Shown here piece after piece: positions 1-12,719 of a stretch of DNA of 64,000 nt (position 1 is its first letter; every line of letters begins with the position of its first letter). Origin of the DNA: Octopus vulgaris (taxonomy: Eukaryota). Where the stretch lies: NCBI GenBank assembly GCA_951406725.2, contig OX597814.1, positions 194,432,001-194,496,000 of the forward strand, written 5' to 3'. Both the position numbers and the translations under genes were made by a program. The notes beneath the pieces are model-generated. The model was not told the origin of the DNA, searched no databases, and was given only the letters and a program-made list of their open reading frames with translations.

Positions 1-35
1 TTCGAGAGTGTGAATTACATAAGAGTGAAAATTCG

Positions 36-404
36 GGATCTTTTCGGTTTGAAAGGCAGTTTTTAACATGATATACTGGTAGAATGTGTTTGTAAAACAT
101 CTTTTTCTCTTGGCTTTATTGAGCAAATTTCATAGTTTCTAAGGTATTTGGGGTTTTTTTTTTCTTCAATTTCAACCAATCAATGACGTCTATTTTAGGT
201 GAAAACATTCTGTGCCATATGAATATGTCCCTCGTTTAAGAAACAGATTGGGTTTATTTACATTTGTGAAGAAAAAAAAAAAGATACCTTTCCCACTAAC
301 CCTAAAATAGATTGAAATGCAATAGATCGATACTAGGGTCATAATTATGGGTGACATTCATATGACACCACTAGAAAAAACTACCGTTCAAACCGAAAAG
401 ATCC
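36..404. mobile_element. MITE family 1 (GGATCTTTTCGGTTTGAA TIRs, 8-bp TSD; Merlin/hAT-like non-autonomous DNA transposon)
   Basis: About 30-bp TIRs ggatcttttcggtttgaaaggcagttttt / aaaaactaccgttcaaaccgaaaagatcc. Identical 8-bp flanks aaaattcg at 28-35 and 405-412. Other copies at 3528, 8514 and about 46975. Confidence 0.85.
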
Positions 405-741
405 AAAATTCGAACAAGTTTGAAAAGAATAAGTGAAAATGCTAAAGTTATAGAAATTAGTGGTAACGAAGAGTGGGTAGGAGAGAAAGAATGATACAAA
501 ATTCAAAAAAAGAATTTTAATAAAATTAAAATAAGCGTTAGTGCTTGTGTGTGAGACAACTAAATGTATAACATTAAAACAAAACAGCTTTTTCGTACCT
601 CTTAGACTCATTGGACATACTAATCCCAGATTGCAGAACAGATTTGAAATGGTATCTTTCACTTTGCAAGTTTTCCCGCCGTAACTAATGCGTTTCACTG
701 TGTGTGTGTGTGTGTGTGTGCGCGTGTGTAAATAGGGTGAG

Positions 742-1123
742 TGTAGGCGCAATGGCCCAGTGGTTAGGGCAGCGGACTCGCGGTCGTAGGATCGCGGTTT
801 CGATTCCCAGACCGGGCGTTGTGAGTGTTTATTGAGCGAAAACACCTAAAAAGCTCCACGATGCTCCGGCAGGGGATGGTGGTGATCCCTGCTGTACTCT
901 TTCACCACAACTTTCTCTCACTCTTTCTTCCTGTTTCTGTTGTACCTGTATTTCAAAGAGCCAGCCTTGTCACTGTGTCACGCTGAATATCCCCGAGAAC
1001 TACGTTATGGGTACACGTGTCTGTGGAGTGCTCAGCCACTTACACGTTAATTTCACGAGCAGGCTGTTCCGTTGGTCGGATCAACCGGAACCCTCGTCGT
1101 CGTAACCGACGGAGTGCTTCCAC
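742..1123 (+). mobile_element. tRNA-derived SINE, family C
   Basis: A-box tggcccagtgg and B-box-like ggtttcgattccc in a tRNA-like head. TSD-like aaatagggNgag at 730 and 1124. Near-identical head at 63323. Confidence 0.8.
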
Positions 1124-1819
1124 AAATAGGGAGAGAGAGAGATGAGTATGGATAAAGTAAGAAAGAAAGGGCCATCTATGAAAGAGGGGAGACAAATGAA
1201 AATAAGAAAACATAAATGATACGAGGCTAATGAGATTTTTAAAAACTTGAGACTTACTTTATGCAGTTGAAGAGGAATTTTGTATGGAGGGCTTTCGATT
1301 TAGCCTTTGAATTTGTCTACAATTCATCTACAACCACACAGATAAAATGTAGACGAATTCACCTAGAACCGGGACATGGTACCCGGAATTGTTCTGAGGG
1401 AATGAATAAATATCAGGCCAAGTATTGATGAAAATAGATACCTGTCCTTCTTACCCATTCTTATGTCCCGCCACGAAATTTCAATGTTTTATATGTGCAT
1501 GTGGTCTTACCCATTTAAGATTTGGCTGTTATTTCAAGAATGTGGATAGCCTGCTTTAAGGCAAAGGCCGTAGAATTGAGACGGAAGGGTGTTGGGGTTT
1601 TTCTTTTTCAATATATATCTATCTTTCTGAAAGTTATGAGGGAAAAATCGGATCTTGTGAATTTTCCCATAGTCCTTTCCCCACCAGGTTCGTTTGCGCA
1701 ATTTTTTCTTTCATATTCGTTTTCTACACAGTTAATACCCAGCAGGTTGGGGTGTTTTTTTTTCGTTAACGGTTGAGGATCTTCATATTGACCTTTTCAG
1801 ATACATTAGGTCAGGGTAG

Positions 1820-2170
1820 TTGATTCCACGCGAAAACTCCAAGGTCGATGGCAGCGAAGTGGAAATGGCTGTGCAGGGCAGAACACTAAAACCGCGAGCG
1901 ATAGTGACAGCATGATGTGGTGATGGGCATGGACGTTATCTTAGTGAATCGGCTGAGGGTGAACTTGTTAAAATTTACCGCCCTGTCTCAACACGCGTGC
2001 ACATGTGTCTGCTCATCACGACTGCCCCAGGCCAAATGAACTGGTCCCGTTTCTCTAACTTCGTCGCTCCCTCTTCCGTTGACGTCACTGACCTTTTCTT
2101 CCGGTTCACCGCATCCCACAAAATGAAACTGGAAAAAAGTCAACTGGCTTTTTGGCGGAAGAATACGTAA
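1820..2170 (-). promoter_or_regulatory. CpG-rich promoter-like region with CRE and ETS motifs, probably for a minus-strand gene leaving the window to the left
   Basis: CpG-dense, non-repetitive sequence in an AT-rich window. Perfect CRE TGACGTCA at 2080-2087 and CTTCCGG at 2098-2104. Minus-strand GTAAG donor-like sites at about 1510, 1454 and 1257. Confidence 0.4.
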
Positions 2171-3221
2171 AACGTTTTCGAATTAAAATTCTTAATAATT
2201 TCAGAGGAAATTGTGATTTAAGGGAGACCTGGCTGTTCTTTCTAGCACATCCCAAGACCTCTGTCATTTCTTTCTCATTCACATCTATTGATGTTTTTCA
2301 ATATTTTCCTCCCCATAAACACAATTTATGGAATGATGCCAAAGTAACACCCGCATAATCTATTGCTGGGGTATATCAGCAAAAAAAAAAAAATGGCAAT
2401 TTAAATTTTTACTCGCACCCCAACAGAGCAAGACCGTGTATTTGTAAGAAAAACCTTTTCTAACAAAATTATGCTGTCATCTTTTACATTAAAATCACTC
2501 TGGATAAATCCCAGCAATACTTTTCTCAGGCTCTCCAATATTTTTTTATAATTATAAAAAATGAGTGGGGTTTTAAAAAATCTAAATTTTTTTTATAGCA
2601 TAAATGTGTTTAAAGGGGGCGAATATTGAAATATATCAATATTCGCCAACGAAATAATGCCATTGATTGGTATGGCTGTTTTTGATACGCTATAGGCCTT
2701 AGGAACATAACCATGTGAACCTTGCTATCCTTCTATTCCTAGCATGCGAAATGACTGCGTAGAGGATGGGTTGCTTGAGTTTATTGCGATAAAATAATGA
2801 AAGAAATGTGCATTCAATAATTAGTGTTAGCATTGAACTTTCCTTTTCAGAAAGATTTCCTGGGCATAATGAGATAAAAAGACAGAAAAATGACAAGTGT
2901 AATTTTTCTGAGTGTTTTTTTTTTCTTACAAAACGAAACTTGAAATTTCGAAAATAAAATTGAGTCAGTATGTATGTGCCTTATATAAGTGTTTGTATCG
3001 AGTTCAAAATCCTATATTGCTCAGTTATTTGAACAAATTTTCAAATGTTTTATTGCGGTACCTCTACCGCCACAGGAACTATAAAATATGTAGGCAACGA
3101 GTTTGAGGAAGTCCTGTCGAGTGAATTATTTTGCATCATAAGAAAAATTAAATAACTACAATTTATATTACAACTAATTTGCAGGAGTGCCTAGGGTTAA
3201 ACTAAAGCATTTGACTGTGCC

Positions 3222-4087
3222 TAGTACTAAGAGTAGACCCGGCGGGCGCACTCTCAATTTAAAAAAAGAAACCCCATGTATAAATGTGTAAACTGTAAAC
3301 GGTGAAGGGTTATCTAGCTACCAAATAAAACAATCAATCGACGGGAATGAAAATTGCTTTCAGAACATTCTAAAACACATTTCAATTAGGTTCACTTTTG
3401 AATAACATTTTATTTCATTATTTTCACTTTTCTTAATGACTACTTTTGAGTAAGATTTTATTTCAAAATTCGTTTTATTTTCACTTTTATGACTACTTTT
3501 GGGTAACATTTTCTAATTTAAAATTTGGGATCTTTTCATTTTGAACGGCAGTTTTTTTCTAGCGGTGTCATACGAAATTGTCACCCATAATTATGACCCT
3601 AGTATCGATCTATTGCATTTCAATCCGTTTTGGGGTTAGGGGGAAGGGTATCTTTTTTTTTCTTCACAAATGTAAATAAACCCAATCTGTTTCTTAAACG
3701 AAGGACATATTCATACGGCACAGAATGTTTTCACCTAAAATAGACGTCATTGATTTGTTGAAATTGCAGAAATCGAAGAAAAAAAACAACAAATATCTTA
3801 CAAACTATAGAATTTTCTCAATAAAGACAAGAGAAAAAGATGTTGAAGTTTAAAAGTGTTTAGTTACGTGGAAATTATTTTAAAAAACTGCCGTTCAAAC
3901 CGAAAAGATCCAAAATGTTATATTTTCATTCAGTCGGTTGTTTTATTAGATAGATAATACACACACACCTCCCGATTTACAGTTTACACATTAATATATG
4001 GAGTTTGGGGGGGGGGTTATCTCGGGTGACTTGCGCGTCCACTGACTCGTACGGATGCGCGCGTCGGGTTCACTCTTAAATAGTACC
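3222..4087. mobile_element. MITE family 2-related element containing a nested family 1 MITE
   Basis: Inverted ends agtactaagagtagacccggcgggcgca / tgcgcgcgtcgggttcactcttaaatagtacc, resembling the termini of the 43781-44075 element. Confidence 0.55.
3528..3911. mobile_element. MITE family 1, opposite orientation to 36-404
   Basis: Same TIRs; the internal sequence is the reverse complement of copy 1. Confidence 0.85.
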
Positions 4088-4890
4088 GAGTGTTTTCCCA
4101 TAAAACAAGAAAAAAAATTCTTGGATTGGGCGAGTACTAATTATTACAGTGTAGGAACTCGTTTGACCCTACCTGTCTGAGATTCGAAACCAAATCCATT
4201 GCATGTTTGTCAAGCAATCTCCACACCAGACGACTAATGGAAAATACGACCTACAAGGACCTAGTTGGTCACGGAAAGGTCAATCATTTGTTTAGGATTT
4301 TGACCTACATACTTGGCCGCAGATCTATAACAGACTATTTCCTTTCTCGCCCTCAGCTGCAACACTTCCCTTCGTTCCTCACTCACCATACTGAAAGGAG
4401 TTTACGGCAGAAATCAAGGAGAGACGATGCCACCTTTAACACTTTTTTCGTCTATTGTCAGCGCCGTACATTCCCCACTCTCTACTAGCATAAAGCAGCT
4501 TCCACACTATCGACTACCAGGCAGCGGCCGAACCTTTTGTCACAGTCACTATGATTACTGCCGTCGGGCAAATAAAAATATAAAATTCCTTCCATTTTTT
4601 AGTGTTAGTCTTCGATATTTCTTTACTAGTTTCTTCGTTGTGAAAACCTCAAGCGTTGCAGCTACTCGCCACAATTGTAGTGGCTAGAGTTGTGTGTTAG
4701 AGTGAAATAGCCGATTACCGAGTGTTTCTCAATCATCTGGTATGGAAGTGCAAACACAATTTCCCAGCTTGCTTGACAAGCAACAAGCAGGTGGATTCGG
4801 TTTCGAATCTCGGGTCCTACTACTGAGTCATTTTCTCCATAATCCAAAGTTTGATGCCCCTCCCCTAATATATTTCCATTTCATATTTTT

Positions 4891-5209
4891 TCTTTACTCG
4901 TTTCAGTCATTTGACAGCGGCCATGCTGGAGCACTGCCTTTAGTCGAGCAAATCGACCCCAGGACTTATTCTTTGTAAACCTAGTACTTATTCTATCGGT
5001 CTCTTTTACCGTGTGTATATATATATACACACACACACACACACATACATACGACGGGCTTCTTTCAGTTTCCGTCTACCAAATCCACTCACAAGGCTTT
5101 TTTGGTCGGCCCGAGGCTATAGTAGAAGACACTTGCCCAAGGTGCCATGCAGTGGGACTGAACCCGGAACCATGTGGTTGATAAGCAAGCTACTTACCAC
5201 TCCTGTGCC
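4891..5209 (-). mobile_element. tRNA-derived SINE family A (CORE-like segment), internally deleted
   Basis: Matches the family consensus aggagtggctgtgtggtaag...ggttccgggttcagtccc...ggcaccttgggcaagtgtctt...(AAGAGT)n tail, seen about 20 times in the window. Confidence 0.85.
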
Positions 5210-5742
5210 TATATAAATTTGTAAATTTATGAAAGATATTTTGGCAAATTTATAGTTTCACACCAGACTAGATTTTGGTAGTAAATAATTTTTTCCCAAG
5301 ATATTTGGGGGGAGGGGCTGCAACCCCAATCTTTCATAATTCTTTAACATGCACATTTTTAAATGACATTTACTGAAATTATCGAGTGTAGCTTACATAA
5401 TGCTGATATTTCGAACAAATCGAGAAAAAATTGGAATATCCTGAAGCAGAGGATATTGGAGATAACAAATTCGGTAGAAGAAAGAAAAATAATTTTAAAT
5501 TCCTCTAGAAAATTTTCGTTTCTAAATTTTAGCAATATAATCGTAAACTACATTCGAAGACGTATCTTGCAAAATTTCTTTAAAAAATATGCATTTTCCC
5601 GAAAGTTATAAGCGAACAAAGTTGGAGCTGGGGCGCCAAATTCAGTTACGCTCTCAATCTCGGGGACATAAAAGACAAAGACGAGTCGCAGGAAATAAGT
5701 AAAGTAAATTTTGTGACAGTCCGATGCGGCGCAGGTAAAGGA

Positions 5743-6376
5743 CATTGGACCGCACCCCCTTTGGGGGGTATTTTTTTTTTTTTTCTACAGAAACCGACTT
5801 CTGCGAATCTAGAAAAAAAAAAAAAATCGGCATTTCTTAATTTTGGTAATTCATATTTAGAAAGTGGATCTTTTGGTTTGGCTGTTGTTACTAGCTTGTC
5901 GGACTTTCCCGGTTAGAGCGTACTTAAAAATTGAAGATTTTGAACCCCCCACCCAAAAAAAAAAAAAACACGTTTTCAAAATTATTTCTCCCCTCTCCAC
6001 CCCTCTAGCCAAGAAAAAAAGGGGGTGGGGGAAATTAAAATTTTGAAAACGCGATTCGTAGTTTAGCTGCTGTTTCTAAACATGCTGAGTTTTGTTTAGA
6101 TACTTTTTACACCTGCTATTTCAGGAGGGGAGGGTTTGTTTGTTTTGGGTTTTTTTTAAATTGAAATTTTACAATTTTTCAGAAACAATCTTTCTACATA
6201 TTTCACAAAAAAAAAAAAAAAAAAATTCCAAAAAGTGAAAAAATGGGGGTGGATAGTTAAAATTTTGAAATGCCGATTTTTTTTTTTTTTTTTTTTTTCA
6301 AAATTCGCAATCTCCGCAGTCGAAAAGGTGGGTTCCTATAGAAAAAAAAAGAAACCGAAACGGGCTGCGGTCCGTG
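5743..6376. mobile_element. MITE-like element with degenerate long inverted ends
   Basis: cattggaccgcacccc...aaaaatcggcattt mirrored by aaatgccgattttt...gggctgcggtccgtg. Confidence 0.55.
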
Positions 6377-6786
6377 TATTTATCATCCTTGTGTCTCAAC
6401 ATTCTTCTAACATCACATTATAGACTCTTTCAATGTTCTGCATTTATCGCACACATCCTTTGTACACTTGATGGCCTGTCTATTATTATGTATATATGAC
6501 GCACACACATGTTAACATATAAATAAAATCATCTCTTAGACATTCTACTCGGTTGTGTCTCTTTTCCTTCTGACACTTATACTTTTCGCCTTTATTGTAT
6601 CGACTGTGCGATGTACTAAAGGAGCCATTCTCATCACCTCTCTTTCGCACGGTCGTTTACTCCTTTATAATCATTTCTACTATAAACGCAAGGCCTGAAA
6701 CTTCGGAGCAAGAGGACAAGTCGATTACATCGCCTCCAATGTTCAACTGGTACTTATTTCACCGACCCCGAAAGGATGAAAAGGTG

Positions 6787-7187
6787 AAGTCAACCTCGGC
6801 AGAATTTGAACTCATAACAAAGACCGACGAAATGTCGTAATATGAAAATACATTGAGCAGGGTCGAGTCAAAAGACGGCCAAGTCCCTAAAATATTGGTC
6901 TGGTGCTAAAGTGACAATTATTTTTAAATTTATGATAGAAGAATAGAGAAGGAATGAACCAGAAGTATTTTACTCGCTTAGCTGTTTCTGAACGATGAAG
7001 TCAACCTCGGCAGAATTTGAACTCATAACACAGAGACCAACGAAATGCCGTAATATGAAAATACATACGGCAGTCCCTAAAATATTGGTTAGGTGCTAAA
7101 GTGACAAACAATTGTTATTTTTAAATTTATGATAGAAGAATAGAGAAGGAATGAACCACAAGTATTTTACTAGCTTAGCTGTTTCTG
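6787..7187. repeat. About 200-bp local tandem duplication (SINE B fragment plus unique flank)
   Basis: tgaagtcaacctcggcagaatttgaactcataac...gcttagctgtttctg occurs twice (about 6785-6990 and 6996-7187). Confidence 0.8.
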
Positions 7188-8513
7188 GTTCAATAGTCGC
7201 TAGTCACTTTAGATCGAAGTCAATCAAGATCAAGTACATTTATGACAAAAGTTTAATATGAGGCAATCCCGACGCTTTTTGGCCTCTTCGCCCGCTTTGT
7301 TAAGGTAAGGATTCAGGAAAAGGTGAATAAATGTTGACAATAACATCCTCGTTTTCCCAGATGGTGTATACAGAAATACGTAACCTAATTTTTAACAATG
7401 GCAGGATGTCATTTAAAAATAATTTGGCTTTTATTTCTAGCAGGTCTATTACAAAAAATTCAAAAAAATATTTTTTCAATTTTCGTTGTCGTGTGAATTC
7501 TCGTGTGTAGAATAAAAATTCGTAAACATTTTCTGAAAATTCAAGAAAATAAAGTTAGGAATGGTTATATGGCGTGCTTAAAACAGAATTCTGCCCACAT
7601 AGCTTATCAGTTGTTAATAAACGGATGTTGATACTATGATACAGTACACCATCCTTGCAAATAACAGAATTAGTTTAACATAAATATAAAAAATATACGT
7701 TACAATATTATTTAAAGCTGAAAATTTTAGTATATAAAACGTATAACAAACAAATATGAAGACAATATTTTTGAAACTAATTTTTTAAAAGCTGAAATTG
7801 TTTACGTGGAGTATAATAATCTATCTGGTTAACATAGATATATATAACATATATATATATAAGATATATATATATATAAGATATATATAACATAACATAT
7901 ACGAAATAAGGGTAAATTTATAAGGGTAAACTATAAATTTACCGAAATAAGGAAAATATATCTGGTTATATTTCGTTTTGATTTTGACAATTTGTCCACT
8001 CAAACTTTTGAGAAGTGAAATTTGAGTGGGAAGTAAAAAAAGTTTTTTAAACGTTCATAAAGAAAAGTAAGCATCATATAAAAGCATTAACATGGTTAAG
8101 TAGCTGTAAAAAGATAGACAAATATAAGTTACACTTACATATATGAAGATGTCTATATAAATGAATATGTTGGTAGGTCAGCTGTTGACTGTTTTGAAAT
8201 ACGCGCTGGAATGAATGGTTTTATAACGGGCAGCGAAGGGAGATAACTCTCATGAGATTTGGGCTTCAACAAAACAGAAGAACGAAGCACAGCATTTTGG
8301 TCTTTTACAGATCATAATACAAGTTTTTTGTGGGGGTTTTTTTAAGTGGAATTCAAAAAAAATTCTGAAAAAGTGAAAAAGGAAAAATTGCACTGGGTGG
8401 GGTGATTAAAATTTTGAAGTGCTGAATTTTGGTACTACTTAAGAAGAGTGGTCCCGGTGCGCGTACTCGCGCAAGCTAGTCATGTGTTTTATTTACTTTG
8501 TTTAACAAAAATT

Positions 8514-8711
8514 GGATCTTTCGCTTTGACCGGCAGATTTTTAAAATAATTTCTTTGTAACTAAACACTTTTAAACTTCGTATACTGGTAGTGTGTTACA
8601 TAAAACATTTTTTTCTCTTGGCGTTCTTGAGAAAATTCTGTAGTTTGTAAGCTATTTCTTGTTAAATTTCTTGCATTTCGGCAATTTCAACCAATCAAAG
8701 CGAAAAGATCC
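8514..8711. mobile_element. Internally deleted MITE family 1 copy nested in a family 2 element starting at 8431
   Basis: ggatctttcgctttgaccggcag ... cgaaaagatcc with flanks caaaaatt/ccaaaatt. The surrounding sequence matches the uninterrupted 43781-44075 element. Confidence 0.7.
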
Positions 8712-9033
8712 CCAAAATTATTTACTTTGTGTAAAAAAATTATTTATTTTGTGTTTTATTTACTTTGCTAGGTAGTCGTTGTAGGATCATATAAGTAGTA
8801 GCCTGAATTTTTTTTGCATATTCTGAATTTTGCAGAAACGTCGGATTCCGTCGAAAAACAATAAAAAAATAAATTCGAAAAAGTGTGGGGGTGCGTATGC
8901 TATACCACCGCAAAAAACAAAAAAAAACAAAAACTACCTTCTTTCTCCTTTTTTTTTTTTTGTTTTTAAACCACAAAGTAACTTTTGAAACGAAGGGCCT
9001 AGAATTTCGTACATGGTACTTAGTTTGGTAGAA

Positions 9034-9438
9034 AGCGGCGATCTGGCAGAAATGTTAGCACGCCGGGCGAAATGCTCAGCGGTATTTCGTCTGCCGTTAC
9101 GTTCTGAGTTCAAATTCCGCCGTGATCAACTTTGCCTTCCATCCTTTCGGGGTCGATAAATTAAGTACCAGTTACGCCCTGGGGTCGATGTAATCGACTT
9201 AATACCTATGTCTGTCCTTGTTTGTCCCCTCTGTGTTTAGCCGCTTGTGGGTAATAAAGAAATAGGTATTTCGTCTGCCGCTATGTTCTGAGTTCAAATT
9301 CCGCCGAGGTCGACTTTGCCTTTCATCCTTTCGGGGTCGATTAAATAAGTACCAATTGCGCACTGGGGTCGATATAATCGACTTAGTCCGTTTGTTTGTC
9401 CTCTCTGTGTTTGGCTCCTTGTGGGTAGTAAAGAAATA
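9034..9438 (+). mobile_element. SINE family B, tandem (dimeric) copy
   Basis: Head gcggcgatctggcagaa..., two bodies containing gagttcaaattcc and ctttgcctttcatcctttcggggtcgat, and TSD ggtacttagtttggta on both sides. Confidence 0.85.
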
Positions 9439-10089
9439 GGTACTTAGTTTGGTAAGTACATCTCAGTCCTTGAGTTACTGTGTAACTTTAGCCAATTGAT
9501 AACGATTTCAGTTTTTGGCACAAAACCAGCAAGTGGATCTAATTTGTTTGGTTGCCAACATTTCGAAAATTAAAGTTTATTTATTAAAATTCTAAAATTT
9601 TGCACAATAAAATACTTTTCCAAGCTGAATTACTGGAGTTATTTCAATTTTTCCAGAAAAATGTTTTTAAAAAGGTATAGAAGTTTGATCATTTTTACCT
9701 AGTCAGGAAACAGGATATGTAAGCTGTCACTTTGTGCCTCACAGCACGTGTTGCCAACTATAAACAAATCAAATTCTGCTCTACGCACGTTCATTGACAA
9801 CTATGAAATTCAAAGCGAAGCAATGCCCATATGGCGATCTTTAACCCCTCATGACTTTATCATTTTTTGGTGTTTTCAGAAAAATTTTGCGAATATGTAT
9901 TCTACACATGAGGGGAAAGACTTCCGCGCCCCTCAATGTTCTCCCAAATTTGTTTATTTTTGTAAATTTTTTTACCAAAAATCCCCATTTTCGGATACGG
10001 AGGTTCCGGAAAATTACCTAAAATCGGCATTGTGAAATTTCCCACCCCCTTTTCCCCCCAACTTCTTCAATTCTGATTTTCTCCCCAAC

Positions 10090-10445
10090 ACTAACCCTAA
10101 CCCTAAAACCGTAACCCTAAGGACAGAAATGTTTTGAAATCTTTGTCCAAATCATGATGTCCGTATTTTTCTACATATTTAGAAAATAAAAATTGTTAAA
10201 AAAAAATTTACAAAGATTTTTGGAAATTTTTCTCAGAATCATAATCTCTGTATTTTTCCGCACATATTGAAAAGAAAAAAGCGGGCAAAAAGTTTAAAAA
10301 TAAGGAAATGAGAGTGGGGGTAATTTAGAAATGTCGATTTTTGCCAATTTTTTTGCAGATTCGTATTCCCCATAGCTGAAAAGGTGGGGCAGGGTTGTGT
10401 CGAAAAAAAAATTTAAAGGGTGGTTGGGGTGGGCGGAAGTCCTGC
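10090..10445. repeat. Interspersed repeat (probable DNA-transposon fragment) with CCCTAA units; second copy at about 42010-42340
   Basis: Direct similarity over about 330 bp between the two loci. Confidence 0.65.
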
Positions 10446-11463
10446 CAACATGGGAATTCATGTGACTGTCCAAAAATTTTTAAAACCATTTTTTTGGTGC
10501 ATGATTTAAGACCTATTTGGTTGCTATTTTTAGTACAACTGACAACCACCTCAATGAGTGGAAAATATTTGCCAACACGTGCTTTCTCGCACACAAAAGA
10601 CTTCTCATGTTCTACTTGTTACTATGGAAACATGCATGAATATGTCTGTGGCTTACGATTAGCTAAAATACACAAAATTTTCAAACTTTAATTGTTAATA
10701 ATTTTTATTTACTCTTTACTCTCTCTTTTACTTGTTTCAGTCATTTGACTGCGGCCATGCTGGAGCACCGCCTTTAATCGAGCAACTCGACCCCGGGACT
10801 TATTCTTTTGTAAGCCCAGTTTCCTTCAACCAAATCCACTCACAAGGCTTTGGTCAGCCCGAGGCTATAGCAGAAGACAACTGCCCAAGGTGCCACACAG
10901 TGGGACTGAACCCGGAACCATGTGGTTTGTAAACAAGCTACTTACCACACAGCCACTCCTGCGCCTATTTATTGATTTATAACGAAAATGATTTTCACAT
11001 AATTCACTAACCTATAAAGGTATATCATTACCGAATATGTAATCTATTCGAGCAGAATTGAAGTTGGCAACCAAACTGGCTAGATCCCAACAAGTTTTTA
11101 GGGAAGGGTAAGTTGATAACATCGGTGACCAGTAATAAAGTCACAGCAAAAAAAGTTACAATTAATTTATGGGATCTAGACAAAACTCCCCTTGGACAAA
11201 ACTCACCCGGACAAAACCCTCATGACTTTTTTTCCTGTCACTTTTTTTACCTGGATTCATAACATTGCACCCTGTGTTCAACAGGTACTTATGTCATCGA
11301 CCCTGAAAGGATGAAAGGCGAAGTGGACATTTGTGGAATTTGAACCCAGGATGTAAAGAGCCAGAAGAATTGCTGCTAAATATTTTGTCCAACTTGCTAA
11401 TGTTTCTTCTGGCTTGCAGCTGTCTTCTACTGATTAATAATTTTAAGAAAGGTATTTTAGATA

Positions 11464-11753
11464 GAGTGGTTGTATACTGTCAACTTAACGTGACAGTCCC
11501 GTATGGGAATTACACCACCGCTGTTTAGCCCTAGGAAGCATCGAACGCTTCCTGTCGGCTTTGACCCAGAAACATGCATGTCCTCAGGTGTGAATCTTGG
11601 CTGGTGGCGGTGCTTGCCTCCCCTTCACAAATATAAGGACACAGGAAATGTGTCAAAGCCAACAGGAAGCGTTCGATGCTTCCTAGGGCTAAACAGTGGT
11701 GGTGTAATTCCCATACAGGCCAGTCACATTGAGTTGACAGTATACAACCACTC
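11464..11753. repeat. Foldback element with about 100-bp inverted arms
   Basis: 11464-11565 is the reverse complement of 11652-11753 with few mismatches. Each arm contains the inner palindrome aggaagc...gcttcct. Confidence 0.9.
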
Positions 11754-11879
11754 CTTCGCTCCACCACCGCTCATGTCTCTTTGAGACATTTAGAAATTTA
11801 ATATTTCTGATTATTTTAGATAATTTGGGCTTACTGATTTGTCACCATGTTTCTTCATTTATGATAGTGATGTCACTAT

Positions 11880-12008
11880 CGAGATGCTGTATGTCTTTGA
11901 GGAGATAAGGAGAAGAGGTTTGAATCCCGTACTCCAATATGGGTCTCACCAGTGTGACATAGAGCGGTAGGAATATGGCTGCTGTGAGCATTCCGAATGA
12001 CTGTCGAA
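11880..12008 (-). mobile_element. CR1-clade LINE ORF2 fragment
   Basis: Minus-strand translation IRQSFGMLTAAIFLPLYVTLVRPILEYGIQTSSPYLLKDIQHL, the CR1-type LY..LVRP.LEY motif. Confidence 0.75.
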
Positions 12009-12099
12009 TCAAAAACAGAACTCCACAGGTACCGACCCCTTCATGCCATACATGGGTTTATCTCCTGATGTATATCGTATTTTTTTGTGAAACACTTTA

Positions 12100-12370
12100 T
12101 CTTCCACACTGGTTTTATCTGTAAACAATCTCTGCATTGGATTTCTTAGTTTTAATATCATATCATACTCTTCTGACAGTTTCTGGGGAGTTATATCCTG
12201 GTTCACACATGGTAAAGCCTTCATCATTGTTTTTTTCAGTGTTCAAATATTTCCAATGTGTGTTGAATAATGTTGTTTTTTCACTAAACACCCTACATAA
12301 AATGTCAATTGTGTCTATGAAATTTATGTCAGAAACTTTTTTGGGGCAATATAAACTTTTCTTTCCCATC
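12100..12370 (-). mobile_element. Degenerate Ty3/Gypsy gag-like fragment
   Basis: CPKKVSDINFIDTIDILCRVFSEKTTLFNTHWKYLN and DITPQKLSEEYDMILKLR resemble gag regions of invertebrate Gypsy elements. Recognised from memory; frameshifted. Confidence 0.45.
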
Positions 12371-12719
12371 TCTTTATTTTCCTTGTGACCAGTGATACAG
12401 CTTATTTCACAAAGCTTTACCATACAACAAACAGTGTTGTCCCCAAACTGTACACTTGTGTACACATATATTTTACAACTATAAAGGAGATGGAAGTGTG
12501 TGTGTACATGAGGTTTACTATATGAAGAATATACAGTCAAATGTGAGGTGGTATACTTAATAAAATAACTCCGAAATAATTTTTAACATTGGAAATTTAA
12601 ACTCTTAACAAGAAAAATCATTAGTGTTAATGATAATTTTTTTAAGAAAAGGAAGGGAGAAAACTTGGAAATTTTTGCTTTTTTTTTTCTTTGTCTTTCA
12701 TTTGTACTATATATACATA

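Noticed and set aside
746-820. Possible tRNA gene
   Set aside because: It continues into a SINE body with a TSD and multiple diverged copies; no complete cloverleaf.
4207-4687. Overlapping 93-aa and 86-aa ORFs in unique sequence
   Set aside because: No recognisable motif or convincing splice structure.
7200-7310. Possible non-coding first exon of RGS gene A (AAG|GTAAGG at 7305)
   Set aside because: Only a donor-like motif; insufficient support without transcripts.
10091-10120. CCCTAA telomere-like repeats (also about 295 and 46975)
   Set aside because: Only 2-4 degenerate units, embedded in DNA-transposon-like repeats.
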